A DNA stretch of 64,000 nt from Dehalococcoidia bacterium (lineage in GTDB: Bacteria; Chloroflexota; Dehalococcoidia; UBA2979), in NCBI GenBank assembly GCA_050248355.1, contig JBFWSN010000004.1, positions 13,530 to 77,529 of the forward strand. The letters are read 5' to 3'. A model generated the notes under the pieces. The model made no database searches, was not told where the DNA came from, and was given only the letters and a program-made list of their open reading frames with translations. How positions within the stretch are numbered: position 1 is the stretch's first letter; every line of letters starts with the position of its first letter. The position numbers and the translations under genes were made by a program. Positions 47,525-57,614 of this stretch are shown piece after piece.

Positions 47525-48232
47525 CTACTCGGTCAGCGCCTGTCGCGCCCGCAGGATCGAGTCGCGCTCCTCCAGCAGCAGCGCGCGCTGCCGCAGGTCC
47601 CACAGCGTCGTCCACTTCGCCTGCTCGTGCGACGGGTGCGAGGTGTTCACCACCTGGTCGCTCAGCACCGGCGCCCGCGCGTCCAGCCGCGAGATCTCTG
47701 AGTCCACGTCCGCGAGCCGCTCGAGGAGCCATCGCTCCTCTGCCGACTCGGGTTCGGCCTCGGCCTCGGTCGTGATCTCGCCCTCCGGCGTGATCTCCCA
47801 CGCCTCCTGGATGCGGATCATGAACACCGGGCATGGCGCCGTCATCAGCACCTTCAGCGCCACGCTCCCGAGGGCGTACCGCCCGCTCGCACCCAGACCG
47901 TGCGTGCTCATCACGATCACATCGCTGTTCTGCTCGGTCGCCCGCTCGACGACACGTTCCGCAGTGTCCCCGCTCTCGATGACCTCCGCCTCGACGTTGA
48001 CGCCCTTCGCGCGCAACGCCTCGACTTCCTTCTCCAGGTACTCCCGCGCCCGCTGCGGGCGCTGCGCCTGCAGCCGGCCGATCGCGTCGGTCGCCTCGCC
48101 GGGCGGCGGCGCATGCACCACCGTCAGCAGCGTCAGCACCCCCCCGTCGGGGTCCAGCACGCTCTGGGCGTACGAAAGCGCACGCTCCGAGTAGGACGAT
48201 TCATCGAGCGGCACCAGGACACGCTTGAACAT
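47525..48232 (-). CDS. Universal stress protein (UspA domain) with an acidic/coiled C-terminal extension
   Basis: MFKRVLVPLDESSYSERAL…VIVMSTHGLGASGRYALGSVALKVLMTAPCPVFMIR. Confidence 0.75.
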   Translation of the reverse strand: MFKRVLVPLDESSYSERALSYAQSVLDPDGGVLTLLTVVHAPPPGEATDAIGRLQAQRPQRAREYLEKEVEALRAKGVNVEAEVIESGDTAERVVERATEQNSDVIVMSTHGLGASGRYALGSVALKVLMTAPCPVFMIRIQEAWEITPEGEITTEAEAEPESAEERWLLERLADVDSEISRLDARAPVLSDQVVNTSHPSHEQAKWTTLWDLRQRALLLEERDSILRARQALTE

Positions 48233-48374
48233 GGCAACTCCTCAATTCGTCAGTGGTCGGCGCCCGCAGTCTGCCAGACCCACCCTGCCGCTTCAATGAC
48301 CAATGGCCCTCGCCGCAAGGGCCCTTCGGCCACCGTAGTCCCCATCCGCGCCCCGCACCCGCCTCCCGAGGCGA

Positions 48375-49790
48375 TCACTCGCCGAGCGCATCCCGAAACT
48401 CGTAGTAGCTCAGCACCTTCCGCATCGCCGTCGCCGCCCGCTCGTACGTCGGGTAGGCCGCCACGCCGATCTCACGCAGCCGCGCGTCGAGGTCCGCGAC
48501 CGCCGGCCCGTCCTCGAGCGGCGTCGAGGAGGAGACGAGCGCCGCCACTGGCTTCCCGCTCCGCTCGCGCAGCCGCGCGAGCGCCGCCAGCTGCCCGTCG
48601 AGCCGCTCCTGGTCCGCCGCGTCCCCCGACCACGGCCGCACCTGCATCACCAGTGAGTCGATCGCCGGGTCCTCCGCCAGCACGTCGAGGATCGTGTCCA
48701 TCTCGCTCCGGTTCGACCCCATGTCCACCGGGTTGTTGAAGCTCGCCCCCACGAGGCTGAACCAGCTCGCGAGGCGCTCCCGCGACGCCTCCGACAGCGC
48801 CGGCACCCGCATCCCCGCCCGCGAGAACACGTCCGCCATCGCCACAGACTGCCCGCCCGAGCCGCCCGTCAGCCCCACCCCGTTGCCGCTGAAGCGCGGC
48901 CACAACCGCAGCCCCTTCAGCACGTCCACCATCTCCAGCACCGAGGTCACCGGGATCGCCCCCGTCTGCCGGAACACCGCGTCCCACACCTCGGCCGCCC
49001 CCGCCAGCGACGCCGTGTGTGACGAGGTGGCCCGCCCGCCCGCGTCCGTCAGCCCGCCCTTCCACAGCACCACCGGCTTCCGCCGCGCCGCCTCCCGCAG
49101 CGCCGCGAAGAACCGAGGCCCGTCGCGCAGCCCCTCCACGTACATCGCGATGTACCGCGTCGCCTCGTCCGCCCCGAAGTACTCGAGGTAGTCCGCGTTC
49201 TCGAGGATGACCCCGTTCCCGAAGCTGATCGCCATTCGCACCGGCACCCCTGAGGCGTGCGCCGCCATCGAGAAGTCCACTGCGTGCCCGCCGCTCTGCG
49301 AGAGGAACGTGACGTCCCCCTCGAACCCCGCCGGCTGGTTCTCCATGAACCGCACTCCGAGGCCGGGGTGGTACAGCCCCATGCAGTTCGGCCCGATCAG
49401 CGGCAGCCGCGCCTCGCGCGCCATCTCCGTGATCCGCTGCTGCTGCGCCCGCCCCTCATCGGTGTCCGTCTCCGCGAACCCCGAGGTGAACATCCCCACC
49501 CCGCCCACGCCCTTGGCGATGCAGTCGCGCAGCACCACCGCCGCCGCAACCCGCGGCACCGCCACCAGCGCGTAGTCGATCTCGTCCGGCACATCGAGGA
49601 GGCTCGTGTAGTTCGGCACCCCCAGCTCCTCGATCCCCGGAATCTCCTTCGGATCGATCTGCACCGAATACACCTTGCCCGTGAACGTGCTCAACGACCG
49701 GATCCACCGGTAGTTCCGCACCTTCGCATCCCCGATCACCGCCACCGTCCGAGGATGCAGCATCCGCTCGAGGTCATACCCCACCGCCAT
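48375..49790 (-). CDS. CoA-binding-domain protein of the NDP-forming acyl-CoA synthetase / succinyl-CoA synthetase-alpha family
   Basis: VAVIGDAKV…GPNCMGL… CoA-binding motifs plus the ligase-CoA domain. Confidence 0.75.
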   Translation of the reverse strand: MAVGYDLERMLHPRTVAVIGDAKVRNYRWIRSLSTFTGKVYSVQIDPKEIPGIEELGVPNYTSLLDVPDEIDYALVAVPRVAAAVVLRDCIAKGVGGVGMFTSGFAETDTDEGRAQQQRITEMAREARLPLIGPNCMGLYHPGLGVRFMENQPAGFEGDVTFLSQSGGHAVDFSMAAHASGVPVRMAISFGNGVILENADYLEYFGADEATRYIAMYVEGLRDGPRFFAALREAARRKPVVLWKGGLTDAGGRATSSHTASLAGAAEVWDAVFRQTGAIPVTSVLEMVDVLKGLRLWPRFSGNGVGLTGGSGGQSVAMADVFSRAGMRVPALSEASRERLASWFSLVGASFNNPVDMGSNRSEMDTILDVLAEDPAIDSLVMQVRPWSGDAADQERLDGQLAALARLRERSGKPVAALVSSSTPLEDGPAVADLDARLREIGVAAYPTYERAATAMRKVLSYYEFRDALGE

Positions 49791-49856
49791 CGCACCCCTC
49801 CCTCACGCCTTCGCACGCGGCTCGCGAGCGGATGATACGTCGAGGTATCACGATTG
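49719..49856. repeat. Direct repeat copy A (~140 bp) spanning the 5' end of the CoA-binding gene; its partner is at 50863..51005
   Basis: About 85 bp have only 3 mismatches (CACCTTCGC[AG]TCCCCGATCACCGCCACCGTCCGAGGATGCA…CATCGCACCCCTCC). A second shared block is GCGGATGATACGTC. Confidence 0.7.
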
Positions 49857-49969
49857 GCCTAGAGAAGACGGAAGCCGATCGATTCACCTCCGGCGTCTTC
49901 CGATCCCTCCCCCGTTCCGGGCGGAGGGTGAGGGTGGGGGTTCCCTCCGGCGTCCGTCCGTGCGCCTTC

Positions 49970-50851
49970 TCAGCCCCCGGCGGCGACCACCAGCGCCGCC
50001 CGCCGCTCCGCCGCCAGCTGCCGCGAGTCATACACCGAGGTCGCCCGCGTCACCATCCCGTCCGCGTCGAGCTCCAGCGCCGTGATCCCGACGAGCCCGT
50101 CCGCGGCCGTCCACTCGAACCCGCCGCCCGAGGCGCCCCCCACCACGTGCCGCAGCCGGCTGCCCGCGCCGTACGGCGCACCGCCCAGCACCCGCCCGAG
50201 GTATCGCGTTGCCTCCGCGCGCCCGACCAGCTGCGCCCGCAACGCCATGTCCTCGAACAGCACATCCGGATGCAGCAACGCCGCCACCGCCGCCGCGTCC
50301 CCCGCTGCGAGGCCCCGCTGCATCGTCGTCGCGATCTCGACCAGCTCCGCCGCAGCCTGCGAGGGCACCCGCGACTCCTTCAGGTCGCGCGGGAACGACT
50401 CCTCAGGCGTCCGCATCGACTCGTACGCCGCCGTGTCGAAGAAGAAGCTGTCCCAGTAGTCCACCCACCGCACGATCTTCCCGTCGACGAAGTCGACCGC
50501 GCCGAGGATGCGCAGCTCCCCGCCGAACAGCTCCGGCGTGTCCACCATCCGCACCAGCGCGCTCGACTCCCCCGCGAGCACCCCCGTCTGATACGACCGC
50601 GCCGTCGGCGGCCACGTCGGCATGTACTGCGCGAACAACCCCCGCAACGCCTCGAACCCATCGAGGCCCCACCCCAGCGTCGCGTCCGTATACGTCACCA
50701 GCCCCGAGGAGAAGAACCCCATCGTCCCCTCAACATCCGCCGCGCTCTTGACGCGAAAGAACCGCTCAAACGTCTCGATCAGCGGTGATGACGCGGCTTC
50801 CGAGTCCGAAGTCATCGAGCCGTTGCACAATCCCGCGCCGTCGCCCGCCAC
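49970..50851 (-). CDS. Tandem NTF2-like / SnoaL-like domain protein
   Basis: Two repeats of an NTF2-like fold (…IVRWVDYWD… / …LLHPDVLFED…). The start may be the internal MTSDSE at 50815. Confidence 0.5.
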   Translation of the reverse strand: MAGDGAGLCNGSMTSDSEAASSPLIETFERFFRVKSAADVEGTMGFFSSGLVTYTDATLGWGLDGFEALRGLFAQYMPTWPPTARSYQTGVLAGESSALVRMVDTPELFGGELRILGAVDFVDGKIVRWVDYWDSFFFDTAAYESMRTPEESFPRDLKESRVPSQAAAELVEIATTMQRGLAAGDAAAVAALLHPDVLFEDMALRAQLVGRAEATRYLGRVLGGAPYGAGSRLRHVVGGASGGGFEWTAADGLVGITALELDADGMVTRATSVYDSRQLAAERRAALVVAAGG

Positions 50852-50862
50852 GCCGTATCAAC

Positions 50863-51005
50863 CACCTTCGCGTCCCCGATCACCGCCACCGTCCGAGGAT
50901 GCACCATCCACTCGAGGTCATACCCCACCGCCATCGCACCCCTCCATCCCACCCACGACGCCACGCCACCCGCGCGGATGATACGTCTCCGCCCCATCAC
51001 AATCG
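50863..51005. repeat. Direct repeat copy B. It contains a decayed copy of the CoA-binding gene start (MAVGYDLEWMVHPRTVAVIGDAKV) and borders the low-GC island.
   Basis: See copy A. The 62-aa ORF 50812..51000 is this duplicated pseudo-5' end. Confidence 0.7.
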
Positions 51006-51030
51006 CGTGGAGAGGCCGAGGTTCGGATCG

Positions 51031-52773
51031 CTAGTCGAACCGGAAACCAAACAATCCCCCCTCCTCCGTCTCGTCCGTCAGGACGACCGGCAGACGGTAA
51101 TCATCTATGGAGAAGCTCCGGCTGAAATCCGCAATGGGAACGTCGTCGGAGTTCATCGTGACGATGTACTGGAAATCGAATTCCTCCGCACGCGCCGCAG
51201 CCAACTCCAGAGCAGTCGCGACTTGCCGGTCGTCAACACCATCAAACAAGTGTGAGTCATGAATCAAGAACCCCGGCCCTAAGTTGCGTCGAGCGAGGAG
51301 AACTGCGATCATCATATCGAACGTAAAGATTTGCATGTTGTTGATCCCGCGACTCTGACTTCCAGGGGCCTCAACCCGCACCTCGAGACCGTTCGCCGTC
51401 GCGTCGATAGTGAGGTTCCCCGAACGCTCTGAGAGTGCCGAGGAGATTTCTTCGAACGTAACAATTGCCTCGTTCACTACACCGCGACGTTCCTCTATGT
51501 CCTGCTGTTGTCTGAGTTGTAGCCTGGCTCGATCCACGCCTAGCTCGACTCGGTTGTTGTCCAGCTGCTGGACTGACGCTAACCGTTGCCGTAAACTCTC
51601 CGCTTGCGCCTCGAGCCGTGATATCTCCTGCTGCAACATAAGGAATTGGTCAAGAGCGCCACGTGAGCGCAAGATTGACCAGAGTTCTCGACGTCGTCGA
51701 TCCAGCTCGGCCATCCGCATCTCTCTTGCTGCGATGCGTCGGAGTGCTGCCTGCTCCTCGGCCGCGAGATATGATCTCCTGTTCTGAAGAATCGCACTAT
51801 GAAATTCGGCTGCCTCTTCAAAACGACGACGCACACTCCCGGGCAGGGAAATGCCTACTTCACCGTATAGTTCGGTTAGACGATCAACTCCCGGTGCCTG
51901 CTCTCCTTCTGATCCAAGATCGCCCGCGAGATCGGAGAGCAACTGCCTGTCGATTGTGTTTTCATCCGATAGGAAGGCGATTTCGCGTGTGACAAAGGAC
52001 GCCTCTTCCTCCCGTTCCCGGTACTCTGGAAGAACCTCAAAAGCCGCAGCGCGTCCATGTGCTAAGCGCACGCGTTCCTCCGCAAGCGCTAGCTGCGAAC
52101 GCAGTTCAGCAGCACTGCCTAGAGCATCGCCGATTACGCCACGGGAGGTCGCACGGCGAAGAGCGGCGAGTTCCTTCTCCTTGTCCCGGATCGAATCAAG
52201 CTCGGCTGGAATAGTCCAATCGAGACCGAGCAAGAATGCCAGCGCGACCTGCTGGTCACCAGTAGATTGCTGTGAGTTCTGCTTCACTGGGGTGGCGAAT
52301 GCGCCCGATTGAACGCGACGCGCCGCGTACGAAAAGAGCTGCCTAAACGTAGGTGCATGGGGAACCTGGTCATCCGGATTGACTCCGTAGAACTGAGTCC
52401 CTAGCAACGTCCGCCATCGGGGAATTGAGTACCGCTCCTCGGTGTGGCGTTGCGCATCGATGAAAGAATCCCGGCTTACAATGACGGTCCCGAAGTCCGT
52501 CCCAGACCTGCTGGCCACCAGTGACCCGTCGGGCAGGTCGAAGTCAGCGGAGAACGTGTACGGTGCCAGAACGGGATTTCGTAGAAAGTGATCTGTCCGT
52601 GCGTCCGCGCCGAAGAGAAAGTGAATGACCTCGACAAGACTCGATTTTCCAGCGGCGTTGCGGGTTTGCCGATCCGACGACTCCGGGAGACGTTCTGCTG
52701 TAAGGAGGTTCAGCCCTGCATGCAACTCGATGGTCTTGAATGACGAAAGAGAGCTGTAGATTCGACGAATCAT
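51031..52773 (-). CDS. SMC/RecF-like ABC ATPase with a long coiled-coil insert; candidate ATPase of an ABC-three-component (ABC-3C)-type system, DUF2326-like
   Basis: N-terminal ABC head: ELHAGLNLLTAERLPESSDRQTRNAAGKSSLVEVIHFLFG (Walker A). The central ~250 aa are Arg/Glu/Leu/Gln-rich coiled coil. The C-terminal head has GSQSRGINNMQIF (signature-like) and GFLIHDSHLFDGVDDRQV (Walker B / D-loop). GC is lower than the flanks. Confidence 0.65.
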   Translation of the reverse strand: MIRRIYSSLSSFKTIELHAGLNLLTAERLPESSDRQTRNAAGKSSLVEVIHFLFGADARTDHFLRNPVLAPYTFSADFDLPDGSLVASRSGTDFGTVIVSRDSFIDAQRHTEERYSIPRWRTLLGTQFYGVNPDDQVPHAPTFRQLFSYAARRVQSGAFATPVKQNSQQSTGDQQVALAFLLGLDWTIPAELDSIRDKEKELAALRRATSRGVIGDALGSAAELRSQLALAEERVRLAHGRAAAFEVLPEYREREEEASFVTREIAFLSDENTIDRQLLSDLAGDLGSEGEQAPGVDRLTELYGEVGISLPGSVRRRFEEAAEFHSAILQNRRSYLAAEEQAALRRIAAREMRMAELDRRRRELWSILRSRGALDQFLMLQQEISRLEAQAESLRQRLASVQQLDNNRVELGVDRARLQLRQQQDIEERRGVVNEAIVTFEEISSALSERSGNLTIDATANGLEVRVEAPGSQSRGINNMQIFTFDMMIAVLLARRNLGPGFLIHDSHLFDGVDDRQVATALELAAARAEEFDFQYIVTMNSDDVPIADFSRSFSIDDYRLPVVLTDETEEGGLFGFRFD

Positions 52774-53042
52774 GGTGACGTACGTGCCAACAGTCCGTCT
52801 GTCAGGATGACGGAGCCGATGATAAAGAGGAAGTCGAGGGCCAGGATAAACCAGTCATAACTGATTCGCCGGGTGGCATCTTCCCCCATTCGGAGACGGG
52901 TGTCCTCCCACAACCGAGAAACGGTCTTAGGAACGTCAAGGTGGGACAGCAGTTCTCCACCCACGAAGATCAGCGATCGATTCGCCGGGAGATGTTTAGT
53001 TGGCAGCAACACCGCTTGCCGCCTCGGACTCGAATATGTCAC
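52770..53042 (-). CDS. Small ORF (90 aa from a GTG start, or shorter) with a C-terminal hydrophobic helix; candidate middle component. Translationally coupled to the ATPase.
   Basis: Its TGA overlaps the ATPase ATG (ATGA at 52770-52773). Its 5' end overlaps the 3' end of the upstream 309-aa gene. No motif match. Confidence 0.3.
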   Translation of the reverse strand: MTYSSPRRQAVLLPTKHLPANRSLIFVGGELLSHLDVPKTVSRLWEDTRLRMGEDATRRISYDWFILALDFLFIIGSVILTDGLLARTSP

Positions 53043-53925
53043 ACCGTTCGAACAGGTAGGCCACGATGGCTAGCGCGGCGTGTAGGTCGGCGGGTTTTGC
53101 CGAGCTTCCCCCAGCAAATTCGACCAGGGATCCAAAAATACTGTCAGGGCTTTGGCGTTCACTGCGGAGCGCGCGATATTGGTCTGTGAATGAGCGCGCG
53201 ACATCGTCGCCGTAGGTGGGATCGGCGACGCGGCCGAGGTAGTGAGCGACGACATCGGACTTCTGCATCCCCATTCGAAGGAATTCGCTCACCGCGTCGG
53301 AAAGCTGGTTAATGGCGATCTTGTCCGCTGGCGGCGGTCGCAGCTGACTGGCGACGGTGCCCGCACTCGAACGCAATACCTCGAGGAGCGGCGCGATTTC
53401 ACTGGCGGAAACGGTACGCATCCCCGACGGCGTCGGCGGCAGCCCAAAGATCGCCTCTAGATCGCCCGCAGACAACTCCAGAGTAACGGTTAGCAGCTCC
53501 TCAAAGCCCCAGGACCGGACGAGTAGCGGCGGATTCTGCTTCTCGAGTCGGAGGAGCCGGTCGACGACTTGATACGATAAGCCAGTGCGGTCGTTGTGCA
53601 CAAAAACCCAAGTGTCGAAGTACTCGCTCCAGTAGGGCAAGCACCCGGCGAAGTCTTTATTGATCTTCCCCACCGCGGCGGCGGCACGCATCTCCCGGGG
53701 AGCATACACTTGGAAGAGGCGACGTTCGGATCGCAAATACCCGTCGCTCTTGCGGTCGCCGATGGCTCCCCAGGGGCGCATGCGGATGAAGTCCTCCCGG
53801 TGGCGTCGCGACATCAGATCCGCGAAGAGATCTTGAAAGGCCTCGCCGTGTCTTCGGGCGAAAGCGACCTCGAGTTTCATTTCGTACCACGACCGCGTTG
53901 GCTCGGGGTGTTGCGGACTAGCCAT
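52996..53925 (-). CDS. Hypothetical 309-aa protein, first gene of the island operon (candidate effector/partner component)
   Basis: MASPQHPEPTRSWYEMKLEVAFARRHGEAFQDLFADLM…PWGAIGDRKSDGYL… No confident domain call. It is co-oriented and overlapping with the next two genes. Confidence 0.5.
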   Translation of the reverse strand: MASPQHPEPTRSWYEMKLEVAFARRHGEAFQDLFADLMSRRHREDFIRMRPWGAIGDRKSDGYLRSERRLFQVYAPREMRAAAAVGKINKDFAGCLPYWSEYFDTWVFVHNDRTGLSYQVVDRLLRLEKQNPPLLVRSWGFEELLTVTLELSAGDLEAIFGLPPTPSGMRTVSASEIAPLLEVLRSSAGTVASQLRPPPADKIAINQLSDAVSEFLRMGMQKSDVVAHYLGRVADPTYGDDVARSFTDQYRALRSERQSPDSIFGSLVEFAGGSSAKPADLHAALAIVAYLFERCDIFESEAASGVAAN

Positions 53926-54088
53926 ATCTCGCCGATCAATCGCGGAGACAGCCTAACAGAATACAATTGGAGTAGGTAGGCACCAATCGGCTCGGAGGTC
54001 GGGCGTTCGGCACATCGGGCGTTGGCGAGCAGTGCGCAGCGTGAGGCCACCCGCGCGCGCTATGCAGGCCGCTGAGGGTGTAAGGGGT

Positions 54089-54163
54089 TGGTAGCAGGGG
54101 GCGGATTTGAACCGCCGACCAAGGGCTTATGAGTCCCCTGCTCTACCACTGAGCTACCCTGCC
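54089..54163 (-). tRNA. tRNA-Met (anticodon CAT; could alternatively be tRNA-Ile2/lysidine type), CCA encoded
   Basis: Reverse complement: GGCAGGGTAGCTCAGTGGTAGAGCAGGGGACTCATAAGCCCTTGGTCGGCGGTTCAAATCCGCCCCCTGCTACCA. The acceptor, D, anticodon (loop CTCATAA) and T (GGCGG/TTCAAAT/CCGCC) arms fold correctly. Confidence 0.85.
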
Positions 54164-54258
54164 ACGTCCTCCGATTCTACCGCCGCCCCACTTCCCGGGC
54201 GAGTCCGCCGAGGCCTCCCCACCCCATGGAGGCCGCCCCGCTGTGCTACCGTAACCCC

Positions 54259-54480
54259 ATGTGCCGCAGCATCCAGACCCTCAGACGACCCGACGCCCCC
54301 GCCACCGACGACGAAGTCCGCGCCGCTGCCCTCCAGTACGTCCGCAAGCTCAGCGGCTACCGCGCCCCCTCGCGCGCCAACGCCGAGGCCTTCGAGGCCG
54401 CCGTCGACGAAGTCGCCGCCGCCACCCGCCGCATGCTCGACTCGCTCGCGCCCGCCGGGACACGCAAAGCCGCCGGCTAG
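54259..54480 (+). CDS. DUF2277-like small conserved protein
   Basis: MCRSIQTLRRPDAPATDDEVRAAALQYVRKLSGY. The MCR(S/N)I(K/Q)TL start is characteristic of DUF2277. Confidence 0.5.
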   Translation: MCRSIQTLRRPDAPATDDEVRAAALQYVRKLSGYRAPSRANAEAFEAAVDEVAAATRRMLDSLAPAGTRKAAG

Positions 54481-54488
54481 CCCCGGAC

Positions 54489-55601
54489 CTACCGAGGCGT
54501 CAGCCCCACCTCGAACCCCGCCGCGCCCAGCGGAGTGACCAGCGCGCTCAGCGCCTCCGCATCCGAGGCCCGCACCGTCACGTGCCCCAGCTTCCGCCCC
54601 TCGCGTGGCGTCTTCCCGTACAGGTGCGCGTGCGCGTCCGGCATCCGGTACACCGCGTCGAGGTCGGGGAGCGACCCGATCAGGTTCAGCATCGCGGAGC
54701 ACCCCACCGCCGCCGTCGATCCGAGCGGCATCCCGAGGACCGCGCGCAGGTGGTTCTCGAACTGGCTCGTCGCCGCCCCCTCGATCGTCCAGTGCCCCGA
54801 GTTGTGCACCCGCGGCGCCATCTCGTTCGCCAGCAGCCGCCCGCCCTCCACGAAGAACTCGATCGCCAGCACCCCCACGTACTCCAGCGCCTCCAGCACC
54901 GCCCGCGCGTGCCCCTCCGCCTCCGCCTGCAAGCCCGCATCGAGGTGCGGGCCGGGCGCCACCGACAGCCGCAGGATGCCCTCGCGGTGCCGGTTCTCCA
55001 CCAGTGGGTAGCACGCCACGTCCCCGTCGCGTCCCCGCACCGCGAGGATCGATGCCTCCCGCTCGAATGGCACGAACCGCTCGAGGATCGACGGCGCGCC
55101 GCCGACCGCCTCCCACGCCCCCTCGAGGTCTCCCGCCGCGCGCAGCACCACCTGCCCCTTGCCGTCGTACCCGAAGCGCCGCGTCTTCAGCACCGCCGGC
55201 ACCCCGAGGCGTGCCGCCGCCTCGCGCAGCTCCGCCTCCGAGCTCACCGCCGCGGACGGCGGGCACGGTACCCCCTGCGCCTCGAGGAACGTCTTCTCCT
55301 GCAGCCGGTCCTGCGCCACCGCGAGCGCCCCTACCGGCGGATACACGTGCGGCACGAGCGTCCCGAGGAACTCGACCGCCGCCACCGGCACGTTCTCGAA
55401 CTCGTACGTCACCACGTCGAGCCCGTCGGCGAACCGCGCCAGCGCAACGAGGTCGTCGTACTCCGCCCGCACCCGCTCGCCGATGCCGTCGACGCAGGAG
55501 TCCTCGGCCGGCTCGAAGAAGCGGAACCGCAGCCCGAGCGGGATGCCCGCCAGCGCGAGCATCTGCCCCAGCTGCCCCCCACCGAGGACGCCGACGATCA
55601 T
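54489..55601 (-). CDS. purK: N5-carboxyaminoimidazole ribonucleotide synthase (PurK)
   Basis: [16 protein letters not shown]… ATP-grasp fold. It is collinear with PurK and follows purE with an overlap. Confidence 0.9.
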   Translation of the reverse strand: MIVGVLGGGQLGQMLALAGIPLGLRFRFFEPAEDSCVDGIGERVRAEYDDLVALARFADGLDVVTYEFENVPVAAVEFLGTLVPHVYPPVGALAVAQDRLQEKTFLEAQGVPCPPSAAVSSEAELREAAARLGVPAVLKTRRFGYDGKGQVVLRAAGDLEGAWEAVGGAPSILERFVPFEREASILAVRGRDGDVACYPLVENRHREGILRLSVAPGPHLDAGLQAEAEGHARAVLEALEYVGVLAIEFFVEGGRLLANEMAPRVHNSGHWTIEGAATSQFENHLRAVLGMPLGSTAAVGCSAMLNLIGSLPDLDAVYRMPDAHAHLYGKTPREGRKLGHVTVRASDAEALSALVTPLGAAGFEVGLTPR

Positions 55602-56095
55602 CCCTCGACCCGCGGGTCCGGCTGCTCCAGCACGCTCTGCGTCTGCTGCGCCCGGTACTTGTGCAGCGCCAGCTTGATATCCGGATACGAGTTCCCGAGG
55701 ATCGCGGCCGCCAGCAGGGCCGCGTTCACCGCCCCCGCCCGCCCGATCGCCAGCGTCGCCACCGGGATCCCCGCCGGCATCTGCACGATCGAAAGCAGCG
55801 AGTCCATCCCCTTGAGCGCGCGCGACTCCACCGGCACGCCGAGGACCGGCAGCGTCGTCTTGGCCGCCGTCATCCCCGGCAGGTGCGCCGCGCCTCCCGC
55901 CCCCGCGATGATCACCCGCAGCCCCCGCCCCTCCGCCGAGGCCGCGTACTCGAACAGCAGGTCCGGAGTGCGGTGCGCCGACACCACGCGCACCTCGTAC
56001 GGCACGGCGAGGGTGTCCAGCGTCTCCGCCGCGTGCGACATCGTCTCCCAGTCCGACTTCGACCCCATGATGATGCCGGCCAGGGGTTGCTCCAT
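55598..56095 (-). CDS. purE: N5-CAIR mutase (PurE)
   Basis: [20 protein letters not shown]…[29 protein letters not shown] is diagnostic of PurE. Confidence 0.9.
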   Translation of the reverse strand: MEQPLAGIIMGSKSDWETMSHAAETLDTLAVPYEVRVVSAHRTPDLLFEYAASAEGRGLRVIIAGAGGAAHLPGMTAAKTTLPVLGVPVESRALKGMDSLLSIVQMPAGIPVATLAIGRAGAVNAALLAAAILGNSYPDIKLALHKYRAQQTQSVLEQPDPRVEG

Positions 56096-56256
56096 GCCGC
56101 CTCCACGCCTCGATCCACCGTCCGCGCCGAGGCCCCATCTTACCGAGGCGCGCCCCTCCGTGCCCCCGTCCGCCACCCGTCCCGCCCCATTGACGCGCCC
56201 GCGCTCCGCCGGGTGAAATGCCGGGGTAACAACGTTTCGAGGGGAGAGAGATACAT

Positions 56257-57396
56257 ATGCCCGATACCGCATACGCATGGCAGGACGGCTGGGAGTCCGC
56301 CTGGCAGCCGCTCATGGATCTCGTCGGCGAGGACTTCTCCGAGGGCGAGACCCAGCCCGCCATCGATGTCGTCGAGAAGACCTCCATCCGCCGCTACCTC
56401 GAGCCGCTCGAGTTCGGCTGCCCGCTCCACTTCGATGAGGCTGCCGCGAAGGCGAACGGCTACAGGAACATCCTCGCGCCCTACAGCGGCATCTCGCAGA
56501 CCTGGACCGACCAGGGCCAGTGGAACCCCGGCGACCCCACCAACTACCCGAACGCCGACCCGAACTTCAACAGCGTCCGCCGTCAGGCCGCCTCCGCCGG
56601 CCGTCCCGTCCCCCAGCCCGACACCACCGCGGGCTTCGCCACCGACATCGAGATCGAGTACTTCGAGCCCGTTTGCGTCGGCGACCACCTCACCTACAGC
56701 GGCCGCAAGCTCATCTCCGTCGTCCCGCGCGAGACGAGCGTCGGCCGCGGCGCCTTCACCGTCTGGCAGCGCGAGGTCCACAACCAGCGAGGCGAACTCG
56801 TGGCCCAGCTCCGCAACGGCGGCTACGGCTACGTCCCGAAGCCCCGTGACGGCAGCGCGGCCGCCTCGACGAGCGCGCCGGCCGCCGCCGGCCCCTCCGG
56901 CCCGATCATGGATCCAGCCCCGGCCCCGCACGCCGCCGGCATCGCCAGCCGCGAGGTCGACTGGAGCCAGCAGCGCTACTGGGAGGACGTCAATGAGGGC
57001 GACGAGGTGCCCCCCGTCGTCTTCACGATGACCGTCTTCCGCCTCGTCGTGGAGGCCGGCGCCAACCGCGACTTCAACCAGATCCACCACAACACGCCGG
57101 TCACCCAGGCCCAGGGCGCACCGGACATGTACGCCAACAACGTCTTCATCCAGGGCATGTGGGAGCGCACCGTCCGCGAGTACATCGGACTCCAGGGCCG
57201 CTTCAAGAAGACCGGCCCCTTCCGCATGAAGATCTTCAACAACGTCGGCGAGACCGTCGTCACGAAGGGCACCGTGAAGCGCAAGTGGGTCGAGGGCGGC
57301 GAGCACCTCGTCGAGCTCGAGATCATCTCCGAGCACTCGCGCGGCATCTCCGTCGGCCCCGGCCCCGTCGTCGTGACCCTGCCGTCGCGCGGCTGA
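56257..57396 (+). CDS. Double hot-dog fold protein (N-terminal FAS1-like dehydratase domain plus C-terminal MaoC-like (R)-hydratase domain)
   Basis: Two hot-dog halves are separated by an Ala/Pro-rich linker. The C-terminal MaoC motif is …[14 protein letters not shown]…. Confidence 0.7.
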   Translation: MPDTAYAWQDGWESAWQPLMDLVGEDFSEGETQPAIDVVEKTSIRRYLEPLEFGCPLHFDEAAAKANGYRNILAPYSGISQTWTDQGQWNPGDPTNYPNADPNFNSVRRQAASAGRPVPQPDTTAGFATDIEIEYFEPVCVGDHLTYSGRKLISVVPRETSVGRGAFTVWQREVHNQRGELVAQLRNGGYGYVPKPRDGSAAASTSAPAAAGPSGPIMDPAPAPHAAGIASREVDWSQQRYWEDVNEGDEVPPVVFTMTVFRLVVEAGANRDFNQIHHNTPVTQAQGAPDMYANNVFIQGMWERTVREYIGLQGRFKKTGPFRMKIFNNVGETVVTKGTVKRKWVEGGEHLVELEIISEHSRGISVGPGPVVVTLPSRG

Positions 57397-57614
57397 TTCC
57401 GCGCACGCGCCGCCAGCCATAGGGAGAGGCGGGCCGTCAGGCCCGCCTCTCCTCATTCCCCCCGCCCTCGACTCCTCTCGGCCTCGACTCGTCCGGCATC
57501 GAGGTGGTTCGCCACACCTCGCCCGTTACACCGTGCTGAATAGTTCAGTGAGGCGTATATTCTACGTACGCCGTGCGCGGATGCTCGCGCGCAAGTCGGC
57601 CATATCGAGGCAGC

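Noticed and set aside
51006-51060. A duplicated tRNA-Met 3' end (att site) at the far end of the island
   Set aside because: Only a weak resemblance is seen (GGTTCGGATCGCTAGTCGAACCGG versus GCGGATTTGAACCGCC), with no convincing direct repeat. The island boundary is instead defined by direct-repeat copy B and the change in composition.
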